Positions 1 to 13,254 of a DNA stretch of 64,000 nt are shown one piece after another; the stretch's first letter is position 1, and every line of letters begins with the position of its first letter. Made by a program: the position numbers and the translations under genes. The DNA comes from Squalus acanthias (lineage: Eukaryota), in NCBI GenBank assembly GCA_030390025.1, contig JASTWF010000034.1:2108001-2172000 (forward strand), given 5' to 3'. The notes below the pieces were generated by a model that searched no databases, was not told where the DNA came from, and saw only the letters and a list, made by a program, of their open reading frames with translations.

Positions 1-316
1 TGTGTGTGGACGAGGCTTCAACCGATCGTCCAAACAGGAGAGACAGATGGACCTTGGAGTAACCGTGGGAATGTGCGGACTGTGAGAAGGGATTCAATTA
101 TCCGTCTGAGTTGCAAATTCATCGGGGCAGACACACAGGGGAGAGACTGTTTACCCGCTCCGTATGTGGGAAGGGATTCAGTCGGTCATCCATCCTGCTG
201 AAACACCAGCGAGTTCACACTGACGAGAGAATCTGTTCACCTGCTCCATGTGTGCGAGGGGATTCACAAGGCCATCCAGTCTGGTGAAACGCAAGCGAAT
301 ACACTCTGAAAGCTGA
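1..316 (+). pseudogene. Decayed C2H2 (Kruppel-type) zinc-finger array, 3' part
   Basis: Manual translation across frameshifts gives [69 protein letters not shown] and [26 protein letters not shown]. TGERxF linkers are present; several zinc ligands are lost (C>R, H>R) and the frame shifts near 55-60 and 232. Confidence 0.85.
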
Positions 317-769
317 CCTTTTAAAAGTTCTTGTAAGTATTGGTATGCATAGATTATTAAATATAATACACTGGTTTACATATGGAATAATATCAATATT
401 AAGCTAGAATAACCAGGGATTACGTTAGGTTAGAATACAGTCAAGAAAAACGCACATCTGCTGCCGAGCATGGGTAAGTGTGAAGTTTGAATTTAATGCC
501 AGCAGGGTATCTGGAGGACTGCGGGGGAGTGTGGCCAAAGAATTAGTCCCTTTTGTAAAGGACATTGGAAGCTGTGAGGGTTTGAAGGTTAAATAAGCAG
601 GTAATTAACACTCCTGTGTGGGAGAGTAAAGAACAAACTGATAGAGATTTATGGGCACGCACAACGAATGATAACAGCTCACCTCCCCACAAAACGAGCA
701 GCTCACCTCCCCACTTCACCAGCAGCTCACTCCGCACCACATATGCAGCTCGCCTCCCCACTGAATCAT

Positions 770-1368
770 AGTGTTACTGTGAGGCCTGTGGGGTATATCA
801 GTGTTACAGTGAGGGGTGTGTGGTATATCAGTGTCACAGTGAGGGGTGTGGGGTATATCAGAGTTACAGTGAAGGGTGTGGGGTATATCAGTGTTACGGT
901 GAGGGGTGTGGGGTATATCTGTGTCACAGTGAGGGGTGTGGGGTATATCAGTGTTACAGTGAGGGGTGTGGGGTATATCAGTGTTACAGTGAGGGGTCTG
1001 GGGTATATCAGTGTTACAGTGAGGGGTGTGGGGTATATCAGTGTTACAGTGAGGGGTGTGGGGTATATCAGTGTTAAAGTGAGGGGTGTGGGGTATATCA
1101 GTGTTACAGTGAGGGGTGTGGGGTATATCCGTGTTAGTGAGGGGTGTGGGGTATATCAGTGTTAGAGTGAGGGGTGTGGGGTATATCAGTGTTACAGTGA
1201 GGGGTGTGGGGTATATCAGTGTTACAGTGAGGGGTGTGGGGTATATCAGTGTTAGTGAGGGATGTGGGGTATATCAGTGCTTTACAGTGAGGGGTGTGGG
1301 GTATATCAGTGTTACAGTGAGGGGTGTGGGATATATCATTGTTACAGTGAGGGGTGTCGGGTATATCA
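770..1368 (+). repeat. 30-bp minisatellite (GAGGGGTGTGGGGTATATCAGTGTTACAGT)n, ~20 copies
   Basis: Tandem units are directly visible and account for the repetitive ORFs 668..1165, 820..1077 and 1116..1460. Confidence 0.97.
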
Positions 1369-1478
1369 AAAGGGGATTGGATAAGTGGGACTTGCTGAAG
1401 TGCTCTTGCAGAGAGCCGGCACGGGCTCGATGGGCCGTAAGGCCTCCTTCTGTGGTGTAACCATTCTATGATTCTATA
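1368..1478 (+). mobile_element. CR1 LINE 3'-terminal fragment
   Basis: GGCACGGGCTCGATGGGCCG..GGCCTCCTTCTGTG stem-loop followed by an (ATTCTATG)-type tail, the typical CR1 3' end. Confidence 0.7.
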
Positions 1479-1491
1479 GAGCCAGAGATGT

Positions 1492-2590
1492 CCAACAACA
1501 ATAACTTGTATTTAAATAGAGCCTTTAACGTAGTAACACGTCCTAAGGCGCTTCACAGGAGTATTTTAAGACAAACAATTTTGACATTGAGCCACAGAAG
1601 GTTAAATTCGGACAGGTGACTAAAAGCTTGGCCAAAGTGGAAGGTTTTAATGAGCGTCTTCAAGGAGGAAAGAGTGGTAGCGAGGCGGAGAGGTTTAGGT
1701 TGGGAATTCTAGAACTTAGGGCCTAGGCAACAGGAGGCACGGCACCAAATGTTGAGCGATTATAATCAGGGATGCTCAAGAGGGCAGAATTAGAGGAGTG
1801 CAGATATCTCGGGGGGTAGGGGGGCAGAGTTGTGGGCTGAAGGAAATTAGAGATAGGAAGGGGCGAGGCCATGGAGGGATTTGAAAACAAGGATGAGAAT
1901 TTTGAAATCGAGGTGCTGCTTAACCGGGAGCCAGTGTAGGTCAGCGAGCACAGGGGAGATGGGTGAACGGGACTTGGTCCGAGTTAGGACACGGGCAGCC
2001 GAGTTTTGGATGGCCTCAAGTTTACATAGGGTGGAATGTGGGAGGCCAGCCAGGAGTGCGTTGGAATAGTCAAGTCTAGAAGTAACAAAGGCATGGATGA
2101 GGGTTTCAGCAGTGGATGAGATGAGGCAAGGGCGGAGACGGGCGATGTTACGGAGGTGGAAGTTAGCGGCCTTTGTTATGCTGCGGATATGTGGTCGGAG
2201 GCTCACTTCAGGGTCAAATATGACACCAATGTTGTGAACAGTGTGGTTCAGCCTCAGAGAGATGTTTGGGAGAGGGATTGAGTCTGTGACGAGGGAACGG
2301 TGTTGGTGGCAGGGACCAAAAACAATGGCTTCGGTCTTCCCAATATTGACTTGGAGAAACTTTTGCTCATGTCAGTCAAGCAGTCTGACAATTTAGACAC
2401 CGTGGAGGGGTCGAGAGAAGAGGTAGTGAGGTAGAGCTGGGTGTCGTCAGCGTACATGTGGAAACTGACTGTGTTTCTGGATGATGTCACCAAGGGGCAA
2501 CATGTAGATGAGAAATAGGAGGGGGGCCAAGGAGAGATCCTTGGGGGACACCAGAGGTAACGATGCGGGAGCAGGAAGAGAGGCTGACTG
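1492..2590 (-). mobile_element. L2-clade LINE, 5'-truncated and frameshifted
   Basis: Minus-strand ORFs contain FHMYADDTQLYL (RT) and FHLRNIARLRP..ETLIHAFVTSRLDYSNALL..LHWLPV..GLAPSYL (L2 ORF2 C-terminus); short (TTG)n-like tail near 1492-1500. Confidence 0.9.
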
Positions 2591-2942
2591 ATATTCTGAT
2601 TCTTTTTGCACAGTGTGATCCCAGCCCCAGACGCATCCCTCACTGTGGAGAGAGAGAGAGAGAGGCAGAGACAGTGAGGGAGCAGATACGTAGAGAAGGA
2701 AATAAATACTGGGGTAGAGTTTAACGTTCAGTAGGTGCTATAGTACAAACTGGGTAATTGTGAATCAGCCACCCATTTTACACCGATGGAAATAAAACCC
2801 GGGAGAGATGTAGGGCAGGATCCCGGTTGATTCGCGGAGACGGGGCTGATTGTACACCCTGTGTTCATGCCCAGTGAGACTGCACACCAGGAGCAGAGCC
2901 TGGTCAATGTGACCCTGTGACACCTCGAGTGGGAGGGGCTCC

Positions 2943-3690
2943 GGCCGCTTTGTGACATCGTTCCTGGCTGCTGTGTGATGTCACCTGGAGACATGGCCCT
3001 GCCCCTGGTTACGGCCCATCAGTGGGATGTCAGTGTGGGAGGAGCTGGAGTGACAGCTGACACTGGGGGTGAGTTTAGTCCCAATAAACAGGGCAAAGGA
3101 CAGAAAAGAACTATTCAATATTAAAGTAAGTAATTCAAACACACTGATTAATTGCAAAAATAATCAAATTGAATATAATTATGGTCACAAAAATGCTCCC
3201 CCCGTATTCTGGAATTAACATGAATGATTTTTCTATTGACAGTCTTTGGGAGTGAGCAATATCTCAGAAAGGTGGAGAGAGAGAAGTCGAATCATCGCCT
3301 CACTGACTGGGACTGGAGAAATGTCGCTGGGTTCACAGAGCAGATCTGGTGGGATCGAGAACCCCAGTGTCGGAGACGGGATAAAACGGGAAGCTTCAAC
3401 AATGATTGGAAAGGTGAGGAACTTTACTGAGAATCCCATCAGTCCAGGGTTTTGCTGAGGTGAGAGTCTAACCAGATACTGGGAGCTGTCCAACATCTAC
3501 CATCAGGCTCGGCCTTTGATGTGGCAAGTTGAGCGGAGCTTAACTCGGAGATAAACCTTGCCCGTACCTCACCCGGGAGTGTTTGACACTTGCTTGCAGA
3601 GGGATCTTTATTCTGTATTCATCCCATGCTGTACCTGAGCTGGTTGTGCTTCATTGGGTAGTGTCAAGGGAGCTGTACGCTGCACATGCT
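2943..3690 (+). promoter_or_regulatory. Duplicated cassette, copy 1: promoter-like segment, donor GTGAGT (3069), acceptor TTGACAG, 217-nt exon-like segment (3243-3459), donor GTGAGA
   Basis: Highly similar copies at ~10798-11575 and ~16860-17380. A TGATGTCA CRE-like site is in all three; GC box GGCCCCGCCCC and ATTGG are intact in copies 2 and 3. Function is inferred. Confidence 0.5.
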
Positions 3691-3699
3691 GTATTAGAG

Positions 3700-4080
3700 G
3701 GAGCTTTGCATGTCACCCGCGCTGTACCTGCTCTGCGAGTGTTTGAGTGGACAGTGCGGAGGAAGGTTTAGTCTGTATCTCTCTATCTAACCCGTGCTGT
3801 TCGTGCCCTTGGACTGTTTGATCGGGCAGTGTAAAGGGAGCTTTATTCTGTATCTCTCTATCTAACCCGTGCTGTACCTGCCCTTGGACTGTTTGATTGG
3901 CAGTGTAAAGGGAGCTTTACTCTGTATCTCTCTATCTCACCCGTGCTATACCTGCCCTTGGACTGTTTGATTGGACAGTGTAAAGGGAGCTTTGCTCTGT
4001 ATCTATCGATCTAACCAGTGCTATACCTGCCCTTGGACTATTTGATTGGGCAGTGTAAAGGGAGCTTTACTCTGTGTATA
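3700..4080 (+). repeat. 67-bp satellite family, variant units (GAGCTTTACTCTGTATCTAACCCGTGCTGTACCTGCCCTGGGAGTGTTTGATGGGACAGTGTAGAGG)
   Basis: Tandem units visible; units here carry a short CTCTAT-type insertion. Confidence 0.9.
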
Positions 4081-4184
4081 ACTCATGCCACATTCAGGAA
4101 GATTGTGGCAAATGGAATTCAATCCGGAGAAGTGTGTGGTAATGCATTTGGGGAGAGCTAGCAAGTCAACGGATCCTACACTGA

Positions 4185-5245
4185 GGAACATAGAAAGAGG
4201 AGTCGGCCATTCAGACCCTCGAGCCTGTTGCCCCATTCAATGCGATCATTTACAAATCTGCAATCTAACTCCATAAACCCACCTTTGGCCCATATCCCTT
4301 CATACCTTTGGTTAACAAAAAGCAATAAATCTCCGATATAAAATTAACAATTTATCTAGCGTCCACTTCCGTTTGTGGAAGAGTTTTCCAAATTTCCACC
4401 ACATTGTGTGTAGAAGTGTTTCCTAATTTCACTCCTGAAAGGACTGCCTCTAATTCTTAGACTGTGCCTCCAGTCCTAGTATCCCCACCAATGGAAATAG
4501 TTTCTCGCTATCTACTCTATCTGTTCCCCAAAAAATCCTGAAAACTTCGCTCAGATCACCCCTTAACCTTCTAAATTCTGGGGAATAGTACCCTAATTTG
4601 TGTAATCTCTCCTCGTAACTTAACCCTTGAAGTCTGGGTATCATTCTGGTAAACCTGCGCTGCACTCCCTCCAAGGCCAATATATCCTTCCTAAGGTGTG
4701 GTGCCCAGAACTGCTCACAGTACTCCAGGTGTGGTCTAACCAGGGTTTTGTATAGCTGCAGAATAACTTCTACCCCCTTGTAATCTAGTCCTTTAGATAT
4801 AAAGACCAGCTTTCCATGAGCCTTTTTAATTATATACTATACCTGTCCATGATATTTTAATGATCTATTTACCTGGACCCCCCAGGTCTCTTTGGACATC
4901 CACTCGTTTTAGCTTTTCACATTTAGAAAGTAACCTGTTCTATCCTTTTAGGGTCCAAAGTGATTGCCCTCACATTTGCTTACATTGAAATCCATTTGCC
5001 ATAGTTTTGCCCATTCCCTTAATCTGTCAATATCCCTTTGTAATTTTATGGTTTCACCTACACTGCTTACAATGCTGCCTATCTTTGTGTCATCGGCAAA
5101 TTTGGGTATATGACTTTCTATGACATCACCTAAGTCATTAATAAATATTGTGAATAGGTGAGGCCCCAAAACACAGCCCTGCCAGACACCAGGAGTCACA
5201 TCCTGCCAATTTAAGTACCTACCCATTATCCCTACGCTGTATCCT
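4185..5245 (-). mobile_element. CR1 LINE, 5'-truncated
   Basis: ORFs 4948..5226 (QGCVLGP..FINDL..KFADDTK) and 4450..4680 (ALEGVQRRFTRMIP); CR1 3' tail at ~4185-4240. Confidence 0.9.
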
Positions 5246-5519
5246 GACGCTTTATAAAGGGTTATAATGGATTATGCTGGGTTATAAATTATTATAAATG
5301 AATATAAAGTATTATAATGATATATAAAGGTTGATAATAGAATATAAAGTGTTATGATGAATGGTTAAGGAATGTAAAGGGATTTGAATGGGGTACAAAG
5401 TGATGCAAAATATGATAAAGGGACATGACCCTTTATAAATCATTATAATCCTTAATAACCCGTTATACACCTTTTGTAAATGATTATTAAGGATTCTAAT
5501 GTTATAAAGAGTTATAAGG

Positions 5520-7515
5520 CTCCCACTACACTGTCCCATCAAACACTCGCAGGTTAGGTACAGCATGGGTTAGATATAGAGTAAAGCGCACAATACACTG
5601 CCCGTCAAGCACTACCAGGGCAGGTACAGCAAGGTTCAGATACAGAGTAAAGATCCCTCTACACTGTCCCAACACACACTGCCAGGGCAGGTTGAGTACG
5701 GGTTAGATACAGAGTAATGCTCTCTCCACATTATGCCATCAAACAATCCCAGGTCAAAAATGTGCGGGTTAGGTTGATTTGGCTATGATAAATTGACCCT
5801 TAGTGTTAGGGGGGGATTAAATATGTGGGGTTACGGGGATAGGATAGGAAGGGATATGTTAGGGGGAATTAAATACGTGGGGTTACGGGGATAGGGTGGG
5901 ATATGTGTTGGTGCAGGCTCGATGGGGATTCTGTGTGAGAAAGCAGGGACAGGGTGCTGGATTTGGATGATCAGCCATGATCGTATTGAATGGTGGAGCA
6001 GGCTCGACGGGCCGAATGGCCTACTCCTGCTCCTAGTTTCTATGTTTCTATGTTTCTATGTGCAGCACGGGTTACATACAGAGTAAAGCTCTCTCTATAC
6101 TGTCCCAACAAGCATTCCCAGGCAGCTACAGCACGAGTTAGATGCAGAGTAAAGCTCCCTCTACACTGTCCCATCAAACACGCCCAGGGCAGGAACAGTA
6201 TGGTGTAGATACAGATTAAAGATCCCTCTACACTGTCCCATCAAACATTTGCAGGGCAGATACTGCACGGGTGAGATACAGAGTAAAGCTCCCGCTACAC
6301 TTTGTGCCATTAAACACACCAAGTGCAGATACAACAATGGTTAGATACAGAGTAAAGCTCCCTCTACACTGTTGCATCCAACACTCCCAGGGCAGGTACA
6401 GCACAGGTTAGATACAGAGTAAAGATCCCTCTGCACTGTCCCATCCAACACTCCCAGGGCAGGTAGTGCAATGGTTAGATATAGAATAAAGCTCCCTCTA
6501 CACTGTCCCATCAAACACTCGCTGGGCAGTTAGTGCATGGGTTAGTTACAGAGTAAAGCTCCCTCTACACTGTCCCATCAAACACTCCCAGGACAGGTAC
6601 AGCACGGGTTAGATACAGAGTAAAGCTCCCTTTACACTGCCCCATCAAACACTCCCAGGGCAGGTACAGCACGGGTTAGATACAGAGTAAAGCTCCCTCA
6701 ACACTGTCACATCGAACACTCCCAGGGCAGGTACAGCACGGGTTAGATACAGAGTAAAGCTCCCTCTTCACTGTCCCATCAAACACTCGCAGGACAGGTA
6801 GTGCACGGGTTAGATACAGAGTAAAGCTGCCTTTACAAAGACCCATCAAATACTCCCAGGCCAGGTACAGCACGGGTTAGATGCAGATTTAAGATACCTC
6901 TACAGAATCCCATCATACAATCCCAGGGCAGGTACAGCACAGTTTAGATACCAAATAAAGCTCCCTCTATACTATCCCATCAAACACTGCCAGGTCAGCT
7001 ACAGCTCAGGTACGATACAGAGTAAAGTTTCCTCTACACTGACCCATCAAACTTTCTCAGGCAGATACAGCCCGCGTTAGATAACGAATAAAGCTCCCTC
7101 TACAGTGTCCCATCAAACACTCTCAGGGCAAGTACAGCACAGGTTAGATGCAGAGTAAAGCTCCCTCTACACTGTCCCATCTAACACTCGCAAGGCAAGT
7201 AGTGCATGGGTTAGGTACAGAGTAAAGCTCCCTTTACACTGCCCTGGCACTTTTTGATAGGACAGTTACAGAACAGTTTAGATGTAGAGTAAAGCTTGCT
7301 GGACACTGACATCAAATATTCCCAGGAAGATACAGCCCGGGTTCAATACAGAGTAAAGCTCCCTCTACACTGTCCCATCAAACACTCCCAGGGCAGGTAC
7401 AGCACGGGTTAGATACAGAGTAAAGCTCCCTCTACACTGTCCCATCAAACACTCCCAGGGCAGATACAGCACGGGTTAGATACAGAGTAAAGCTCCCTCT
7501 ACACTGCCCCATCAA
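5520..7515 (-). repeat. 67-bp satellite array in reverse orientation, interrupted by a SINE fragment at 5755-6060
   Basis: The GAGTAAAGCTCCCTCTACACTGTCCCATCAAACACTCCCAGGGCAGGTACAGCACGGGTTAGATACA unit recurs with period 67 (e.g. 7351 and 7418). Confidence 0.97.
5755..6060 (+). mobile_element. HE1/V-SINE 3' half (5'-truncated)
   Basis: Near-identical to 17567-17855 of the full SINE; ends in a CR1-type tail GGCCGAATGGCCTACTCCTGCTCC-(TTTCTATG)n. Confidence 0.85.
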
Positions 7516-7517
7516 AT

Positions 7518-10500
7518 TAGAGAGATGAATGCGTAACTCAAAGACTGGTATGGGAGAAATTGGTTTCGCTTCCTGGGGCACTAGCACCAGTACTGGGGAA
7601 TGTGCGATCTGTACCGTTGGGTTGGTCTTCACCTGAACCGTGCTGGGACCAGTGTTCTGGCGAGTCATATAACTAGGTCGGTAGAGAGGGCTTTCAACTA
7701 AATATTGGGTCCAGGGATCAAATCTGGGAAGATGTGGTAATTCAAAGAGTAGAAACAAGACAAGGGAGAAAGGTATTAACATGGGAAATGATAAACAGAC
7801 CGTGACGGGAGGGGACAGAGAGCACAAATCTAAGAGTAAATCAACAGATAAGGCTAAAGGTTACAAAAATTATAAAAGGACAAAACTAAAGGCTCTGTAT
7901 CTGAATGCACGTGGCATTCGAAACAAAACAGATGAACTGATGGCGCAAATAGAATTAAATAAGTACAATCTGATAGTCATTACAGAGACATGGCTGCAGG
8001 ATGACAAACATTGGGACCTGAATATTGAAGGGTACATGATATTTAGGAAAAAGTGGAGGGGTGGCTCTGTAAATTAATAATGGTATTAACGCAATAGAGG
8101 GATGACTTAAGTTCAGGAAACCAGGATGTAGAAGCGGTTTGGGTAGAGATGAGAAATGATGAAGGCAAGAAGTCACTTGTGGAAGTGGTTAGAGGCCCCC
8201 TAACAGTAACCACACGTTAGGATGGAGTATCAAGGAAGAAATAATGGGAGCTTGTCAGAAAGGTACGGCAATAATCATGGGGGATTTTAATCTACATATA
8301 GATGGAAAAATCAGATGGGCAAAGGTAGCCTAGATGAGGAGTTCATAGAATGTTTTTGGGACAGTTTCTTAGAACAGCACGTTCTGGAGCTAACCAGAGA
8401 GCAGGCTATTGTGGACCTGGTATTGTGAAACAAGATCAGATTAATTAATGACCACATAGTGAAGGTGCCCCTAGGTCGCAGCGATCATAATATGATTGAA
8501 TTTTACATTCAGTTTGAGGGAGAGAAGATTTGGTCCAAGACTAGTTTTTTTTAACTTAAATAAGGGCAATTATGAGGGCATGATAGGAGAGCTAGCTAAA
8601 GTGAACTGGCAAACTAGAGTAAGCGATAGGTCAATAGAGCTGCAGTGGCAGACATTTAATGGGATATTTCAGAATACACAGAATAGATCCATTCCAACGA
8701 GAAAGAAAAATTCCAAGGGGAGGACCCACCATCCGTGGTTAACTAAAAAAGGTAAATATTGTATCAAACTTAAAGAAAAAGCAAATCATTGTGCAAAGAT
8801 GGATGGCAGGTCAGAAGATTGGACAGAATATAAACCAACAGCAAAGAATTCCTAAAAGATTAATAAGGAGAGAAAAATTAGAGTACGAGAGAAAGCTAGC
8901 TAGAAATATAAAAACAGATAGTAAGAGTTTCTATAGCTATTCTAAAAAAGAAAAGAGTTAACAAAGGGAGCGTTGGTCCTATTAAAAAGTGAGTCTGGGG
9001 AATTAATAATGGGAAATAAGGAGATGGCAGTTGAATTGAACAGGTATTTTGCATCGGTCTTCACTATAGAGGATTCAAGTAACATCCCAGAAACAGCTGT
9101 AAATCAGGGAATGGAAGGGAGGGAGGAAGTCAAGAAAATTACAATCACCAGGGAAGTAGTACTGAGGAAATTGTTGGAGATGCGGGCTAACAAGTCCCCG
9201 GGTCCTGATGGACTTCATCCTAGGGTCTTAAAAGAAGTAGCTAGTGAGACAGTTGATGCGTTGGTTTTAATTTTCCAAAATTCCCTTGATTCGGGGAAGG
9301 TTACATTAGATTAGAAAATAGCGATTGTAACTCCTTTATTCAAAAAGGGAGGGAGACAGAAAGCAGGAAACTACAGGCCAGTTAGCTTAACTCCTGTCTT
9401 AGGGAAGATGCTAGAAACTATTATTTAAGACGTTACAGCAGGGCACTTGTAAAAGTTCAAGGTAATCAGGCAGAGTCAGCATGTTTTTGTGAAAGGGAAA
9501 TCATGTTTAACCAATTTATTGGAGTTCTTTGAGGAAGTAACATGTGCTGTGGATAAAGGGGAACCGGTGGATGTACTGTACTTAGATTTCCAGAAGGCAT
9601 TTGAAAAGTTGCCACATCAAAGGTTATTTCGGAAAATAAAAGCTCATGGTGTAGGGGGCAACATATTGGCATGGATAGAAGATTGGCTAGCTAACCGGAA
9701 ACAGAGTGTAGGCATAAATGGGTCATTTTCTGGTTAGCAAATGTAATGTGTAGTGTGCCACAGGGATAATGCTGGGGCCTCAACTTTTTACAATTTATAT
9801 AAATAACTTGGATGAAGGGACCGAAGGTATGGTTGCTAAATTTGCTGATGACACAAAGATAGGTAGGAAAGTAAATTGTGAGGAGGACATATGGAGGCTA
9901 CAAAGGTATATAAATAGGTTAAGTGAGTGGGCAAAGATCTGGCAAATAGAGTATAATGTGTGAAAATGTGCAATTGCGCATTTTTGCAGGAAAATATTAA
10001 ATTAGCATATTATCTAAATGGTGAGAGATTGCAGAGCTTTGAGATGCAGAGGGTTCTGGGTGTCCTAGTGCATGAATCGCAAAAGGTTAGTATGCAGGTA
10101 CAGCAAGTAATTAGGAAAGCTAATAGAATGTTAACCTTTATTGCGAGGGGAATTGAATACAAAAGTAGGGAGTTTATGCTTCACTTATAGAGGGCATTGG
10201 TGAGAGCACATCTGGAGTACTGAGTACAGTATTAGTCTCCTTATTTAAGGAAGGATGTAAATGCGTTGGAAGCAGTTCAGAGAAGGTTTACTAGACTAAT
10301 ACCTGGAATGGGCGGGTTGTCTTATGAGGAAAGGTTGAACAGGCTAGGCTTGTATCCACTGGAGTTTAGAAGAGTAAGAGGTGACTTGATTGAAACCTAT
10401 AAGATCCTGAGGGGTCTTGACAGGGTGGATGCAGAGAGGATGTTTCCTCTTGTGGGAGAATCTAGAACTAGGGGTCACTGTTTAAAAATAATGGAGCGCC

Positions 10501-10765
10501 CATTTTAGACAGAGATGAGGAGTATTTTTTTTCTCAGAGGGTCGTGAGTCTTTGGAACTCCCTTCCTCAGAGGGCGGTGGAAGCAGAGTCTTTGAATATT
10601 TTTAAGGCGGACGTAGATAGATTCTTGATGAGCAAGGAGTTGAAAGGTTATCGGGGGTTGGATGGGAATGTGGAGTAATCAGATCAGCCATGATCTTATT
10701 GAATGGCGGAACAGGCTTGAGGGGCCGAATGGCCGACTCCTGCTCCTAATTCGTATGTTCGTTCT
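7518..10765 (+). mobile_element. CR1 LINE: end of ORF1 esterase, frameshifted ORF2 (APE and RT), 3' UTR
   Basis: Fragments [65 protein letters not shown] and VQRRFTRLIPG; many stops and frameshifts; CR1 tail at ~10700-10765. Confidence 0.95.
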
Positions 10766-10797
10766 GTACCTGCCCCGGGGGGGATTGGGAGGGGCTT

Positions 10798-11575
10798 GGC
10801 CGCTTTAACATTTTTCCAGGCTGCTCTTTGATTGATTGGCTCCCTGCTCCTGTGTGATGTCACTTGGAAACAGGGCCCCGCCCCTGGTTACGGCCCATCA
10901 GTGGGATGTCAGTGTGGGAGGAGCTGGAGTGACAGCTGACACTGGGGGTGAGTTTAGTCCCAATAAACAGGGCAAAGGGCTGAAAGGAACAATTTAATAT
11001 AAATGTCAGTAATTCAAATACACATTAATTGCAAATATAATGAAATTAGATACAAGCCCAGTCACAAAAACAGCCCCACTGTATTCCAGGTACTGGATCT
11101 GGGATTATGATGAATCATTTTTCGATTGACCGTCTCTGGGAGTGAGCAGTATCTCAGGAAGGTGGAGAGAGAGAAGTCGAATCAGCGCCTAACTGACTGG
11201 GACTGGAGAAACGTCGCTGGGTTCACAGAGCAGATCTGGTGGGATCGAGACCCCCGTGTCGGAGACGGGATAAAACGGGAAGCTTCAACAATAATTGGAA
11301 AGGTGAGGAACTTTACTGAGAATTCCACCAGTCCAGGATTTTGCTGAGGTGAGAGTCTAACCAGATACTGGGAGCTGTTCAACATCTGCCATCAGGCTCG
11401 GCCTTGGATGTGGCAAGTTGAGTGGAGCTTCACTCGGAGATAAACCTTGCCCGTACCTCACCCGGGAGTGTTTGACACTGACATGTAGTGAGATGTTTAT
11501 TCCGTATTCACCCCATGCTGCACCCGAGCTGGTTGTGCTTCATTGGGTAGTGTCAAGGGAGCTGTACGCTGCATT
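10798..11575 (+). promoter_or_regulatory. Duplicated cassette, copy 2 (ATTGG, TGATGTCA, GC box, donor at 10948; second-exon acceptor mutated AG>CG at 11131)
   Basis: Direct similarity to 2943-3690 and 16860-17380. Confidence 0.5.
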
Positions 11576-11624
11576 GAACACATGATGTTTCAGAGTTGGA
11601 TGTGTTGATGAACCAAATTGGAGA

Positions 11625-11960
11625 GAACTTTACTCTGTACCTAACCCGTGCTGTACCTGCCCTGGGAGTGTTTGCTGGGGCAGTGTAGAGGGAGCTTTAC
11701 TCTGTAGCTAACGCGTGCTGTCCCTGCCCTGGGAATGTTTGGTGGGACAGTGTAGAGGGAGCTTTACTTTGTCCCTAACCCGTGCTGTACCTGCCCTTGG
11801 AATGTTTGGTGGGGCCGTGTAGAGGGAGCTTTACTTTGTATCTCACCCGTGCTGTACCTGCCCTGGGTCTGTTTGGTGGGGCAGCGTAGAGGCAGCTGAA
11901 CTGTGTATCTAACCCAATGTACCTGCCCTGGAGGTATTTGATGAGAGCTTTACTCTGTAA
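11625..11960 (+). repeat. 67-bp satellite, ~5 units
   Basis: Tandem units visible. Confidence 0.9.
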
Positions 11961-11969
11961 CAGGGGATT

Positions 11970-13000
11970 ACATGGGGTATACAGCACAGAACCAGGCCAT
12001 TCGACTCAACCAGTCCATGCCGGCGTTTATGCTTCACTCAAGCCTCCTCCCGTCTTACCTCATCTAATTCTATCAGCGTAACCCTCTATTCCCTTCTCCC
12101 ACATATGCTTATCTAACTGGCCCTTAAATGCATCAATACTATTCGCTTCAACCACTCCCTGTGCTAGCGAGTTCCACATTCTCACCACTCTCTGGGTAAA
12201 GAGGTTTCTTCTGAATTCCCTATTTGATTTCTTGGTGACTACCTTATATTGATGGCCTCTAATTTTGCTGTTCCCCACAAGTGGAAACATTCTCTCTGTA
12301 TCCACTCCATCAAAACCTTTCCTCATTTTAAAGAGCTTTATCAGGTCACCCCTCCGCCTTCAAGAGAAAGGAGACCCAACGTTTTCATCCGTTCCTGATA
12401 TGTATTTTGTTTTATTCGTTTAAGGGATCTGGGCGCCGCTGGCAAGGTCAGCATTTATTGCCCATTCCGATTTGCCCTTGAGAAGGTGGTGGTGAGCCGC
12501 CTTCTTGAACCGCTGCAGTCCGTGTGGTGATGGTACTCCCACAGTGCTGTTAGGTAGGGTGTTCCAGGATTTTAACCCAGCGACGATGAAGGATCGGCGA
12601 TATACTTCGAAGTCACCCTAGATTTTCTGGTATTATCCATGTAAATCTTCTCTGCACCCTCTCCAGTGCCTCTATCCTTTTTAGAATACAGCGACCAGAA
12701 CTGTACACAGTTTTCCAAGTGTGGTCTAAACAAGGTTCGATACAAGTTTAGCATAAATTCACTACTTTTCAATTCTACCTTTCCAGATATAAACCCGAAT
12801 GATTGGTTTGCTTTTTATGGCCTTATTAACCTGTGTCGCTACTTTCAGTAATTTGTGTATTTGTACTCCGAGATTCCTTTGCTCATCTACCCCATTTAGT
12901 TTCTTATTTTCCAAGTAATATGTGACCTCTACATTTCTTACCAAAATGTAACACCTCAGATTCATCTGTGTTATATTTCATTTGCAGTTATATGCCCATT
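11970..13000 (-). mobile_element. Old CR1 fragments, interrupted at ~12405-12615 by the 3' end of a second CR1/L2-like LINE family
   Basis: ORFs 12060..12326 (FTQRVVRMWNSL), 12572..12772 (LFRPHLENCVQFWS) and 12762..12965. The inserted piece (GCATTTATTGCCCAT..CTTGAGAAGGTGGTGGTGAG) recurs at ~53620-53812 and ~63514-63860. Confidence 0.8.
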
Positions 13001-13254
13001 AAAGAGCTATTAGAAATAGATAATAAATAATATCAATCAGTAATGCAAATCTATGACAATAACTATAATATTTACGCCTCCTATGCCTCTCTCTCTCAAT
13101 CCCTCTCCCTCAGAATTATAAAATGTCTCTTTGACGATAACAGGCCATTCGGCCCAACCAGTCCATGCCATATTCCAGGTCTCCAAGCCACTGGGATCTG
13201 CCTGAGAGGACAAAGATGGTTATTGTGTCAGCCTGTAATCCAGGCTCCATTCAC

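Noticed and set aside
668..1460. ORFs with VTVRGVGYIS or YSEGCGVYQC repeats (also 52513-53159)
   Set aside because: Products of the 30-bp minisatellite; no unique coding sequence.
3224..3496. Recurring small ORFs in the triplicated cassette as a protein family
   Set aside because: Frames and stops differ between copies and I recognise no domain; kept only as a possible UTR-type exon.
5245..5520. AT-rich TTATAA-rich stretch with an 84-aa ORF
   Set aside because: Low-complexity sequence with no recognisable protein or structure.
5520..7515. CRISPR-like regular repeats (also 32339-33345, 42932-45085, 58215-63512)
   Set aside because: Whole units repeat head-to-tail with no unique spacers, there are no cas genes, and the context is vertebrate; these are satellites.
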